DNA from: Campylobacterales bacterium
GTDB lineage: Bacteria > Campylobacterota > Campylobacteria > Campylobacterales > Sulfurimonadaceae
Assembly (NCBI GenBank): GCA_038205935.1
Contig: JBBRBK010000012.1
Coordinates: 1-41,378 of the forward strand
DNA: 41,378 nucleotides
Reading direction: 5' to 3'
Shown here: piece after piece, positions 10,365-19,565 of the stretch
Layout: each line of letters starts with the position of its first letter
Position numbering within the stretch: the first letter of the stretch is position 1
Translations under genes and position numbers: made by a program
The notes under the pieces: generated by a model
What the model was told of the DNA's origin: nothing
The model's input: only the letters and a program-made list of their open reading frames with translations
The model's database searches: none

Positions 10365-10883
10365 ATGAAATATATACTCCCACTTGTGATATCACTCTTT
10401 TTTACAGCGTGTAATGACTCCAATCAAAAAGTAGAAGCGTCATCAGACACAAATATGACACCTCAAGCACAAACAGTTGCACCTGTCCAAGCGGAGACAA
10501 TGCCAGTTCAAGCAGAAAAAGTGCCTGTTCAAGAAGAAAAAGCACCGGTTCCAGTAGAGAAAGTGCCAACTAAAGTAGAAAAAGTATCTGTTCAAACTAA
10601 AAAAGTGCCTACACAGCCTATCGCGGTAGCCAATACTACAGAAGTCAGCGGGGAAGCTGTTTTCAATAAATGTAAAAGTTGTCACGGAAATAATGCTGAG
10701 AAAAAAGCACTTAGTTCGTCACAAATCATCCAAGGCTGGGAAATAGCAAAAATCGAAAATGCTCTCAAAGGATATCAGGATGGTACTTACGGCCAAGCTA
10801 TGAAAAATATTATGGCGGCTCAAGCAAAAGGTCTCTCAAGTGAAGAGATTAAAAAAGTTGCAACTTACATTCACTCGCTTTAA
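10365..10883 (+). CDS. Lipoprotein c-type cytochrome (c553-like monoheme) with repetitive linker
   Basis: Lipobox FFTAC, a single CKSCH heme motif, distal MKNIM methionine ligand region, and a Pro/Val/Glu/Lys linker. Confidence 0.88.
   Translation: MKYILPLVISLFFTACNDSNQKVEASSDTNMTPQAQTVAPVQAETMPVQAEKVPVQEEKAPVPVEKVPTKVEKVSVQTKKVPTQPIAVANTTEVSGEAVFNKCKSCHGNNAEKKALSSSQIIQGWEIAKIENALKGYQDGTYGQAMKNIMAAQAKGLSSEEIKKVATYIHSL
10482..10607 (+). repeat. Six imperfect in-frame 21-nt tandem repeats
   Basis: Encode PVQAETM/PVQAEKV/PVQEEKA/PVPVEKV/PTKVEKV/SVQTKKV. Confidence 0.85.
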
Positions 10884-10891
10884 TATTAAAA

Positions 10892-10919
10892 ACTAAAGAG
10901 AGGCAAAGCCCTCTTTAGT
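10892..10919. terminator. Hairpin between convergent genes, probably a bidirectional terminator
   Basis: ACTAAAGAG-A-GGC-AAA-GCC-CTCTTTAGT; a T-tract follows on the minus strand. Confidence 0.75.
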
Positions 10920-13900
10920 CTAGCTGTTCTTTTTTAGAATAAGATAGAAAAAGAGTGGCATGATATAGAGATTTACAACAATAGCAAAAAATAAACCACC
11001 CATAATCGCGATCGCTAAATCCTGAATGATCTGTGTTCCACTTCCAATGGCGAGTGCCACTGGCAAAAGAGCAAAAGCGTTTGAAAACATTGTCATCAAA
11101 ACTGGACGGATTCGCATTGCTATGGCATTAATAATCCGCTCTTTTTCATCCTCTAAAGAGTGCTTCTGATAAAAATCATATATTAAGACATTATTATTTA
11201 TGACAATACTCAGAACTATAAGCATTCCCATAAAGGCTGTGATATCCAAAGGTTTTCCTGTGATTTTCAGAGCTATAAAAACACCAGTAAGTGTAAAAAG
11301 TAGTGCTATCAAAATATTTAAAGCGATTTTTAGATCGCTGAAATTTAAAAGCAAGCCGATAAATATGATCATAACTGCAAATAAAACCACATAACTCATC
11401 TCTTTGAATGATTTTTGCTGTTCTTTATAAAAACCACTAATGTCTGTTGTAATATCAGGTGCAATCTTTGAAACTTCTATTCTTTGTTGTATATTTTTGA
11501 CAACATGGGACATATCATTTCCCTTAAATCTCACACCTAAAATACAAACAGGTGAAAGGTTATAGTGTGTGATCTCTGCAACCTTATTTTTATAACTGAT
11601 ATCTGCTATCTCAAAAAGAGGAATATTCTTTTTCTCTCTTGGAGAATAGATCAGAAGCTCTTTTTGCAAGTAAGCGATAGGATCAACTCTTGGTCTGTCC
11701 ATAAGAACTCTGATATTGATGAGTTTTTCACCCTCCGCAACAGAGGCTACAACTTCTCCATAATAGAGTGTACGTATCTGCGATATAAGTGTGTTTTCAT
11801 CAATGCCATACAAAGCAGAAGCATTAGGTTTGAGTCGGATATTGATAGATGGAGACGCATAAGAAGTGAGAACATTTACCTCTTCAATATCATTGATAGA
11901 TTTGAGTGAATCTTTAAGACGATATCCCTCTTTTATAAGTTCATTTGGATTTGTACCAAAGAGCATCACAGAGATAGGAGCATCAGCACCCATAATGTCT
12001 CCGAGTCTATCTTCAAGCACTTGTGAAAGCCCTAACTCTTCTAGGTTTGGTACCTGTGTTTGTATCTTTTTACGCAGCATTTCTATTGTGTCAAAAGTGT
12101 TTACATCTTTTTTGAGTGTCACAAGAAAATCACCTTGATTTGCTTGTGTGCTTATTTGTCCAAGTGCTGTTCCTATGCGCATCGTCCAGCTTTTTACTTC
12201 TGGTGATTTATCTAAAATATTACCGACACTTTGAAACTCTTCTTGGCTTTGATCAAGTGAAGTTCCCGGAGGTAAAACCATATCGACGACGATATTTCCC
12301 TCATCCCATTTTGGCAAGAATGTGGAAGGAATGGAGCTATAAAGATAAAAACTAAGCGCAAAACTGCCTAAAATGACAGGAATTGATATCCACGCATAGT
12401 CCATCGATTTTGCTAAAAAAGCTTTATAACGTGTTACAAAAGGCTCTAAAAAATCAGGTTTATCCTCTTCATGTTCAGGCAGAGCGATGTAAGCGATGAT
12501 CGGTGTTAAAAAGATCGCGATGAGTTGCGAGATAAAATATGTCACAACAAGTACAAAAGCAAGCTGTTTAAAGAAGAGCCCTACAACACCGCTGACCAAT
12601 AAAAGCGGTACGAAAATTAAAATAGCTAATAATGTTGCAATTATCATAATGGGGAGAATCTCGATGGAGCCCTCTATTACAGCATCTTTTTTGGAGAGTC
12701 CCTTTTTAAAGTGACGTTCGATATTTTCTATAACGATGATCATCTGATCGATGAGTCCACCAAGAGCTGCAGCAATTCCAGCGAGTGAAAAGATATTGAT
12801 GTCAATATTGGCAAATTTCATACCTATGATGGTAATTAAAAATGTGATAGGGATAATCAAGAGTGAAATAAGAGAGAGTTTTAGTTTACGTAGGAAGAAA
12901 AATATGATTAAAACAGCGATAATACCGCCTAAGATAATAGCTTCCCCTACGCTTTTGATCGCTTCTTTGACAAACTCTGTATCATCATAAGAACTTTTTA
13001 TCTCGATGCCCTCTTTTTTAAGTTTTGGAGCAAGCTCTGCTAACTTGGCATTAAACCCATCTACCACATCAATGGAGTTTGCGTTTGGTTGGCGTAAAAG
13101 GTCAAAGACGACACTGTTTTTGAAGCCCTTAGAAGCGCTGAAAGCTTTGGTAGGATTCTCTTTTTCCACGAGAAGTGCAATGTCGCTTATCTTAATGGAT
13201 TGGCCATTGGACAATGCAATATTGAGGTTTAAAAGTGTAGAAGCATCTTCACTTTTTTGATAGAGCGAGAGGACATATTGTCTATGATAATCTTCTATAA
13301 GACCTAAAAACTCTATCATATTTTGAGCTTTTAACTGTGATATAACGGCTTGTACGTCAAGATTATAACTGCGCATCTTCGTGGCATCTAAAAGAAGTTT
13401 ATACTCACTCCACTGCGGCGCTTTCATGTCGATATCGTAGACTCCTTTTACTCCAAGTAAAACAGGTTTGAGCTCGTAGTAGAGTTTTTCACTCAGCTTT
13501 GCACGAGAGAGTGTATTTGAGCCTATAGAGTAGATAGCCACTGGATAAATACTTGGCGTGGACTGGCGGATGGTAATAACTGCATCTTTAGGAATACGAT
13601 TTTTGATATCTGCAATGCGCGCTTGGACAAGTTGGTAGGCTAGATTTGGATCAATATTCCAGTTAAAGTTTAAGCTGATAGTTGTAGAACCTATGGAAGT
13701 GCTTGAAACGATCTTTTCAACATTTGAAACAGTTTTTAAAGCCTCTTCGCTTGGTTTTGTAACGGAAAAAAGCATCTGCTGTATCGGTGAATAACCATTT
13801 TCTATATCCACTTCGATGCGAGGGAAAAAGACATTTGGCAAGACCCCTTTTGGAATCGATGAAGAAAGCTTATAACCAAGTAATGCAAGCAATATAATAA

Positions 13901-13958
13901 CGAGTAAAATAGCTAACTTATTTTTTAAGATATAAAGAAAAAAAGTCTTTCCTTTCAT
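10920..13958 (-). CDS. RND efflux permease (AcrB/CusA/CzcA superfamily)
   Basis: 1012 aa; IIVIENIERH, FVPLLLVSGVVGLFFKQLA, FLPKWDEG, RIRPVLMT. Confidence 0.9.
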   Translation of the reverse strand: MKGKTFFLYILKNKLAILLVIILLALLGYKLSSSIPKGVLPNVFFPRIEVDIENGYSPIQQMLFSVTKPSEEALKTVSNVEKIVSSTSIGSTTISLNFNWNIDPNLAYQLVQARIADIKNRIPKDAVITIRQSTPSIYPVAIYSIGSNTLSRAKLSEKLYYELKPVLLGVKGVYDIDMKAPQWSEYKLLLDATKMRSYNLDVQAVISQLKAQNMIEFLGLIEDYHRQYVLSLYQKSEDASTLLNLNIALSNGQSIKISDIALLVEKENPTKAFSASKGFKNSVVFDLLRQPNANSIDVVDGFNAKLAELAPKLKKEGIEIKSSYDDTEFVKEAIKSVGEAIILGGIIAVLIIFFFLRKLKLSLISLLIIPITFLITIIGMKFANIDINIFSLAGIAAALGGLIDQMIIVIENIERHFKKGLSKKDAVIEGSIEILPIMIIATLLAILIFVPLLLVSGVVGLFFKQLAFVLVVTYFISQLIAIFLTPIIAYIALPEHEEDKPDFLEPFVTRYKAFLAKSMDYAWISIPVILGSFALSFYLYSSIPSTFLPKWDEGNIVVDMVLPPGTSLDQSQEEFQSVGNILDKSPEVKSWTMRIGTALGQISTQANQGDFLVTLKKDVNTFDTIEMLRKKIQTQVPNLEELGLSQVLEDRLGDIMGADAPISVMLFGTNPNELIKEGYRLKDSLKSINDIEEVNVLTSYASPSINIRLKPNASALYGIDENTLISQIRTLYYGEVVASVAEGEKLINIRVLMDRPRVDPIAYLQKELLIYSPREKKNIPLFEIADISYKNKVAEITHYNLSPVCILGVRFKGNDMSHVVKNIQQRIEVSKIAPDITTDISGFYKEQQKSFKEMSYVVLFAVMIIFIGLLLNFSDLKIALNILIALLFTLTGVFIALKITGKPLDITAFMGMLIVLSIVINNNVLIYDFYQKHSLEDEKERIINAIAMRIRPVLMTMFSNAFALLPVALAIGSGTQIIQDLAIAIMGGLFFAIVVNLYIMPLFFYLILKKNS

Positions 13959-14962
13959 TTTTTGACCTCGACAACAGTACCTTCTTCAAGCATATAAGAG
14001 TTTTCCAAAGCAATCTTGTCATCTTTATTTAGGTGGTCGACGATCAAAACTTTATTGATCATATCTTTTTGGACGTCCACAAAATGAAGATGAGCGATAT
14101 GATTTTGGATAATATAAATAGCTGGACGATTCTGCACAAGGACGATAGAATCTTTTGGAATAATCCATCCGCTTTTACTCTGCATCTGAATGCTTGCTTC
14201 AAGGCTCAGTCCTGTTTGCATACTCTCTTTGGTTGTAGCTATGACATCTACAAGATTATTTGTCGTAGTAGAGAGGATTTGTGAAATCTTTGCTTGGAGT
14301 GTATTACCGCTTACATGTAAGGCAACATTTTGTCCAATTTTAAGATTTTTAACATAGTAAAGTGGTACAAAAAGCCTTACATGTACATTTTCATTTTCAA
14401 TTTTACAAATCGGACTTGCGTATGTGAGATAACCACCATCAGCTTGAAGCTGTGAAATATATCCGCTGACTGGCGCTGTTATAATACTTTTTTTCATTAA
14501 GCCGTCTACATTTACAAATTCACTTTTTGCATTTGAAAGAGCTATCTTTTTCTCATTGAGCATTGATTCTTGCGTGAGATAGTCATTGCTACTTATGACT
14601 CCGAGTTTAAGCATCTCATGAGAGGCTCGTAGTTTTTTTGCCTCGACTTCAAGCTGTTTTTTTCCCACAAGAAGATTATATTTGGCAGTTTCTTTTTTAT
14701 TGCCCATCTGTGTGTTTTCTATGGTTGCTATCACTTGACCTTTTTTGACCTTTTGCGTATTTAAAACACGAGTATGAAGGACTCCATCAAAGGGAGTATT
14801 TACGACATAAGAGCTTGTAGCTTCGCTAATAGCCTGCACATCTATTTGGATATTCATATCCGAATTCATTGGTGTAACAACGCTCACTTGGACATGACTT
14901 TCTTGAATTGAAGCGTATAGTGATGCTACAAAACTAAGTGCTAAAAAAAATATTTTATTCAT
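13955..14962 (-). CDS. RND membrane fusion (periplasmic adaptor) protein
   Basis: TPFDG, VKKGQVIA and ITAPVSG hybrid motifs; 4-nt overlap with the RND gene. Confidence 0.85.
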   Translation of the reverse strand: MNKIFFLALSFVASLYASIQESHVQVSVVTPMNSDMNIQIDVQAISEATSSYVVNTPFDGVLHTRVLNTQKVKKGQVIATIENTQMGNKKETAKYNLLVGKKQLEVEAKKLRASHEMLKLGVISSNDYLTQESMLNEKKIALSNAKSEFVNVDGLMKKSIITAPVSGYISQLQADGGYLTYASPICKIENENVHVRLFVPLYYVKNLKIGQNVALHVSGNTLQAKISQILSTTTNNLVDVIATTKESMQTGLSLEASIQMQSKSGWIIPKDSIVLVQNRPAIYIIQNHIAHLHFVDVQKDMINKVLIVDHLNKDDKIALENSYMLEEGTVVEVKK

Positions 14963-16151
14963 AAATTGCTCCTGATGCGATAGTATTTAATAATATCGTT
15001 TCTCTATTTTTTTGATATTTCATCTGTATGATCTGCTCTTTTATACTGAGTGTCTGTGTAAGGACTTGCATGTAGGTGTTAAAGTCCACATATTTTTTGA
15101 GATAAGCAACTTTAATAACATCTTCACTGTGCTGATAGTCGCCGAGATTATCTTCAAGAATTTTCAACTGTTGTGATGTACTTTCTATCGTTTGTATTCT
15201 CTCAAGGTACTCATTTTCTCTTTGAATTTTATATTCTACATCATTAGATTTTACAGAAAGAGCCTCAGCTTTTAACGCTTCACTTTGTTTAAAGTCACCA
15301 CTTGAAAGTGGAATATGCAAACTCAGATCAAATGAGTAGTTATCTCCATTTGCTGTTGGATCATCTATCTTTTGGTACGCAGTTGCGGCTACTAGATCGG
15401 GCAGATAACTGTGAGAGAGCGAATCTGACTGATTTCTCAAGCGCAAAGCTGCTATATCACTCAGTTTAAGATTTTGGTCTTGGTGAAGATACTGCTCTTT
15501 TGTGGATGCAACCGTCGTATCATGAAGTGATGGAATAGCCTGATTCTGAGCGTAGTTATGGAGCTGTTGTCTCATCTTTAGAACGCTATTTTGTTCATCT
15601 ACTATTTGTGTCTCTAATAGCGTCAGTGTATTTTTAAATCTTAAAAGATCCATATCTGAGACAGTCCCAGATCTGTTTAATAAACTGAGTCTATCGAAGA
15701 TCTTTTGTTGCTCATCCAAAAGGCTTACATGTAAAGCAAGTTTCTCTTGTATCTCCTGATATGCGCTTATCATCGTGACTAAAGAGGTGAAAAGTTTTTC
15801 TTTTTGGATATTTAAAAGCGTTTTATTCTCTTGAAGATGTAAAGAAAGCTCCTCTATCTTATAACTGCTTTTTCCAAAGATATCGATGCTGTCGCTAAGG
15901 GCAATATTGGCAGTAGTGAAAGTGTTTGAAAGTCTGACTGCTTTTGTGCTGATATAACCTGCATCCAAAGCAAAACTTGCAAATCTATTTCTACTCACTG
16001 CACTTTTTTGCAAAGAGTTTGACTCTTTGTAAAGATTATAGCTCTTGTCATATTGCAGATTTTGCAGAGCAGATTTATAAAAACTTAAAATAGTTTCATC
16101 TGCGTTTAGCGTTATACAAAAAAAGGTTAAAAATACTATTTTTTTAAACAT
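14955..16151 (-). CDS. TolC-family outer-membrane efflux protein
   Basis: Signal peptide, helical repeats, SYLPDL...LSLHIPL pattern; sits directly upstream of the MFP and RND genes. Confidence 0.8.
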   Translation of the reverse strand: MFKKIVFLTFFCITLNADETILSFYKSALQNLQYDKSYNLYKESNSLQKSAVSRNRFASFALDAGYISTKAVRLSNTFTTANIALSDSIDIFGKSSYKIEELSLHLQENKTLLNIQKEKLFTSLVTMISAYQEIQEKLALHVSLLDEQQKIFDRLSLLNRSGTVSDMDLLRFKNTLTLLETQIVDEQNSVLKMRQQLHNYAQNQAIPSLHDTTVASTKEQYLHQDQNLKLSDIAALRLRNQSDSLSHSYLPDLVAATAYQKIDDPTANGDNYSFDLSLHIPLSSGDFKQSEALKAEALSVKSNDVEYKIQRENEYLERIQTIESTSQQLKILEDNLGDYQHSEDVIKVAYLKKYVDFNTYMQVLTQTLSIKEQIIQMKYQKNRETILLNTIASGAIYE

Positions 16152-16167
16152 TTAAACTCTCCTTCCA

Positions 16168-16869
16168 TTACTGGAATTGCTTTTCTAGAACATCTACAAG
16201 CGCTAGATCTAGATTAGCAAACGTTTTTATTATTGGATTGTTTTTTTGTTTTATACTTGTATCGAGTCCGCTTAAAAGTAAAGCAAAAGCATCTACCATA
16301 TTTTTATCTTTGACTCTACTGCTAAAAACTCCCCAACTTTTTTTTGCTTGCAAGAGAATCTGATTTATCTTCGCATAGTCGATATCATTTTGATTTGTAA
16401 GAGCGATTATTTCAAATCCCATATAATCAAGATTTTCTATATCTATTTGTTCTTTTACGCTCTCACGCAACTTAAAGTGATCGATGTTATATTTAAAAAT
16501 CTCAGTCGATACCAAAGAACTCTTGGCGTAGTTTTTTTCACTGATAAACTTGTTTAAAAGAGCTATTTTTTGATCTAGTTCCTTCATACTCTTTTGTTCA
16601 ATATTTTCTTGAAAAGTCTTATCAGCTTGTAGTTTCTTTATTTGATTTACAGAGTTTAATAAACCTTTTTGATTCTGATCGATGGAGTACTCAGTGATAT
16701 CTTCAAAGGGAGAAAGGACTTTATCTAAGGAAAGAAGAGCGGTTGCTTTTTGCGCTTTCAGTCCATCTAAACGATGATTAGTAGTTGAAGCAGTAGCAGC
16801 ATTTAAAGCACAAGTAGAGAACAAAGATATCATAACAGATACCACCAACAATTTATTTTTTCTTTTCAT
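16168..16869 (-). CDS. Secreted helical protein of unknown function, first gene of the efflux operon
   Basis: Start moved from the track's 16881 to ATG 16869, which has a GGAG RBS; signal peptide MKRKNKLLVVSVMISLFSTCALNA. Confidence 0.75.
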   Translation of the reverse strand: MKRKNKLLVVSVMISLFSTCALNAATASTTNHRLDGLKAQKATALLSLDKVLSPFEDITEYSIDQNQKGLLNSVNQIKKLQADKTFQENIEQKSMKELDQKIALLNKFISEKNYAKSSLVSTEIFKYNIDHFKLRESVKEQIDIENLDYMGFEIIALTNQNDIDYAKINQILLQAKKSWGVFSSRVKDKNMVDAFALLLSGLDTSIKQKNNPIIKTFANLDLALVDVLEKQFQ

Positions 16870-16897
16870 AACAATCTCCAAAAGTTTTAAGTGTTTG

Positions 16898-16930
16898 ATT
16901 GTAGAAGATGAAAATGAAAAATAAATGAAA
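16898..16930 (-). promoter_or_regulatory. TACAAT -10 with TTTCAT direct repeats (putative OmpR-family box)
   Basis: On the minus strand, TTTCAT at 16930-16925 and 16919-16914 (11-bp period), a third copy at 16913-16908, then TACAAT at 16903-16898. Confidence 0.55.
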
Positions 16931-16934
16931 GGAG

Positions 16935-18230
16935 TTAAAAAAGTATCTCTACCTTTGTACCTTTATCTAATGTTGAGTTGATATGCATAATTGCATTATG
17001 AAGTTCTACACTTTGTTTAACGATGAAAAGTCCAAGACCAAAACCTTCAATCTTTTTGTTTCTAGACTCATCGACTCTATAAAATCTTTGGGTTATCTTT
17101 GATAATTGTTCTTGTGCTATCCCAATTCCTTCATCTTCGATGATAAAATGAATAGCTTCATTTTTATAAAGAGAGAGATGAATTTTTGTATTTGTTTCAC
17201 TATATTTGATTGCATTATCGAGGAGATTTGAGTAAATCAAAGTTATCAATGAAGCGTTGGCCAACATGCTGATTTTCTCAATTTTATCTATGATGAGAGC
17301 AATATTTTTTTCGCTTAATTTCTTGGAGTATTTTTCGCTTACATGCAAGAGTATCTCATCAAGAGAACAAAGCTCAAAAGAGTCTGCAATATTCTCTTTT
17401 GTATATCTTGTCAAAAGAAGCAGATTTTCTACTATCTTTTGTATCTGAGAAGTCTCATGATGGATAGTTCGCATACTTTTTTCATACTCATGGCTCTCTC
17501 TTTGTTTTCGCAGCGTGACTTCTATCTCGCCGAGAATGACTGTCAAGGGAGTTTTTAGCTCGTGAGAAACATCAGAATTAAATCTATCTAAGGCATCGAC
17601 TCCTTCTTTAAGCCGTTCTATCATCGCATTAAAAGAGTCGATGAGTTCTCTTATCTCATCATCTTCTTTTGGACGAGGGATCGTGCTTGAAAAATTATTG
17701 ACAGAGATCTCTTTTGCTGTTTTTATAACGTTATGAATAGGCTTTAAGATTTTATCTATCATTTTTGAAGCCATAAATATAAGAAGTAAAAGCAAGATAG
17801 GGTTTAAAATAAGCAGTGTAGTAACAAGATCTTCGACTTTGTTATCGATATTTTTTTTATATATGGCAATAGAATATTTTTTACCTTTATAGACATAAAG
17901 CGCATTAATATCTTCAGAATTTGTTTCATTATTTAGGATAAAAAAAGAGTGGCTATTTTTTAGATAAAAATCTATATTTTGAAGATCAAAATCAGCACTC
18001 TTATATGTTACTTTATGATGGTCTATGATGGCAAAAGTTGCAGCTATATTTTTTTGAGTATCAAAACTGTTTTCTATATCTACTGCTTGATTCTGGAGTT
18101 GTATTTTGATATTATCGTTGATACTGTTACTGAGAAAATAATAAAAAGAGAGGCTAAAAAGTAAAAGTATAAAAGCGGTGACTCCACCAAACCACAAAAG
18201 TAGCTTTCGTTTTAGACTATTTGATTTCAA
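16935..18230 (-). CDS. HAMP-domain sensor histidine kinase (CusS/CzcS-like)
   Basis: Two TM segments, HAMP (DDEIRELIDSFNAM), H-box SHELKTPL, NLLDNAIKY, DEGIGI, RFYRVD, GFGLGL. Confidence 0.92.
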   Translation of the reverse strand: MKSNSLKRKLLLWFGGVTAFILLLFSLSFYYFLSNSINDNIKIQLQNQAVDIENSFDTQKNIAATFAIIDHHKVTYKSADFDLQNIDFYLKNSHSFFILNNETNSEDINALYVYKGKKYSIAIYKKNIDNKVEDLVTTLLILNPILLLLLIFMASKMIDKILKPIHNVIKTAKEISVNNFSSTIPRPKEDDEIRELIDSFNAMIERLKEGVDALDRFNSDVSHELKTPLTVILGEIEVTLRKQRESHEYEKSMRTIHHETSQIQKIVENLLLLTRYTKENIADSFELCSLDEILLHVSEKYSKKLSEKNIALIIDKIEKISMLANASLITLIYSNLLDNAIKYSETNTKIHLSLYKNEAIHFIIEDEGIGIAQEQLSKITQRFYRVDESRNKKIEGFGLGLFIVKQSVELHNAIMHINSTLDKGTKVEILF

Positions 18231-18876
18231 GCATATATCCTAAACCTCGCTGATTTTTTATCAACTCTTTTCCAATCTTCTTTTTCAGATTATAGATAGT
18301 AACTTGGATGACATTGCTATTGTTGTATTCCTCATCTCCCCAAAGCTGTTCTTCTATCATAGCATTGGAGACAATGGCGTTTTTATGTTTGATGAGAAAG
18401 AGCAAAAGTTCATACTCTTTGAGGCTCAAAGTCACTGTTTGCGTATCTTTGATGACACTTTTTTTATCTATGTCTATGATTAAATCTCCGAAGGCAAAAC
18501 TATTATTTCCTTGCGTCAAACCTCTTCTGTATAACGACTCAAGCCTCGCTTCAAGCTCTTCAAATGAGAAAGGTTTACTGAGGTAATCATCAGCACCATG
18601 TTTTAAACCAAAGATCTTATCTTTGATTTCTCCTTTGGCACTGAGCATAAGTACCGGAGTTATAATGTTTTTTTCTCTGATTGATTGAAGAAGATCTATG
18701 CCATTTTTGTGAGGAAGCATCCAGTCTAGAATGATGACATCATAACTGTTTGTAAGAGCGAGGTATTCACCCTCTTCGCCATCCATAGCAGTTGTCACTA
18801 TGTGATTGGATTCGACAAGACCTCTGCTTAAAAAAGAGAGAATGTTTGCATCATCCTCTACTATGAGTATTTTCAT
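18217..18876 (-). CDS. OmpR-family response regulator (CusR/CzcR-like)
   Basis: VEDD, LDWMLP, GADDYLSKPF; winged-helix C-terminus (NVIQVTIYNLKKK, RGLGY). Confidence 0.92.
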   Translation of the reverse strand: MKILIVEDDANILSFLSRGLVESNHIVTTAMDGEEGEYLALTNSYDVIILDWMLPHKNGIDLLQSIREKNIITPVLMLSAKGEIKDKIFGLKHGADDYLSKPFSFEELEARLESLYRRGLTQGNNSFAFGDLIIDIDKKSVIKDTQTVTLSLKEYELLLFLIKHKNAIVSNAMIEEQLWGDEEYNNSNVIQVTIYNLKKKIGKELIKNQRGLGYMLEIK

Positions 18877-19544
18877 CCCTTTGGAAGCGAGAACTTCTGT
18901 GTGACAAACTCGCCATCTTCGTTAAAAAAGAGATAGTATAAAAAATCTTTTTTGACACTAAGCCCAGCTAAATATCGCAAAGCTAGATTTGCTTGAAGTG
19001 AAGCTATATGCATCACAATAGGCCCTGTAATACCTGCGGGTGTCTTTTGCGTAATTTTAAAGACATCATTAAATGAAGCCTCATCAAAAAAACAAACCTG
19101 TCCGTTATAAGCTTCTACGCTTCCATAAATCCACGGAGTATTGACACTTTTTGCATAAGTATTGATTTCGCCGCGTGTTGGAAGATTATCAGTCCCATCT
19201 ATAATGAGATCGACTGCGATATTTTTTTCTTTAAAGTTCTTAAAGGTACATTCATGTTCAACGACTTTAACAAAGGGGCATCGTTGTCTCATAATCTCGG
19301 CATTTACTGAGGCTTTATTTTTACCTTCGTCACCCATTTTAAAAGCGATTTGGCGATGGATATTATGAATACTTACTTCATCAAAATCGACTAAATGTAT
19401 CTCACCTATTCCACTTGCACCCAGAGCAAAGGATAGAGAGGAACCAAGTCCGCCACACCCGATAATAACGATCTTTTTTTCTTGTAAAGAGCGTTGTGTA
19501 TCCTCGCCCCAAAGCTGAATTTGACGATGAAAAAATTGCATCAT
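18873..19544 (-). CDS. HesA/MoeB/ThiF-family adenylyltransferase
   Basis: FHRQI, GCGGLG, DFDEVSIHNIHRQ, DGTDN; no CxxC pairs. Confidence 0.85.
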   Translation of the reverse strand: MMQFFHRQIQLWGEDTQRSLQEKKIVIIGCGGLGSSLSFALGASGIGEIHLVDFDEVSIHNIHRQIAFKMGDEGKNKASVNAEIMRQRCPFVKVVEHECTFKNFKEKNIAVDLIIDGTDNLPTRGEINTYAKSVNTPWIYGSVEAYNGQVCFFDEASFNDVFKITQKTPAGITGPIVMHIASLQANLALRYLAGLSVKKDFLYYLFFNEDGEFVTQKFSLPKG

Positions 19545-19565
19545 TTTATATCCTTTACATGTAAG

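Noticed and set aside
10482..10607. CRISPR-like periodicity
   Set aside because: The repeats are contiguous, in-frame and coding, with no spacers and no cas genes.
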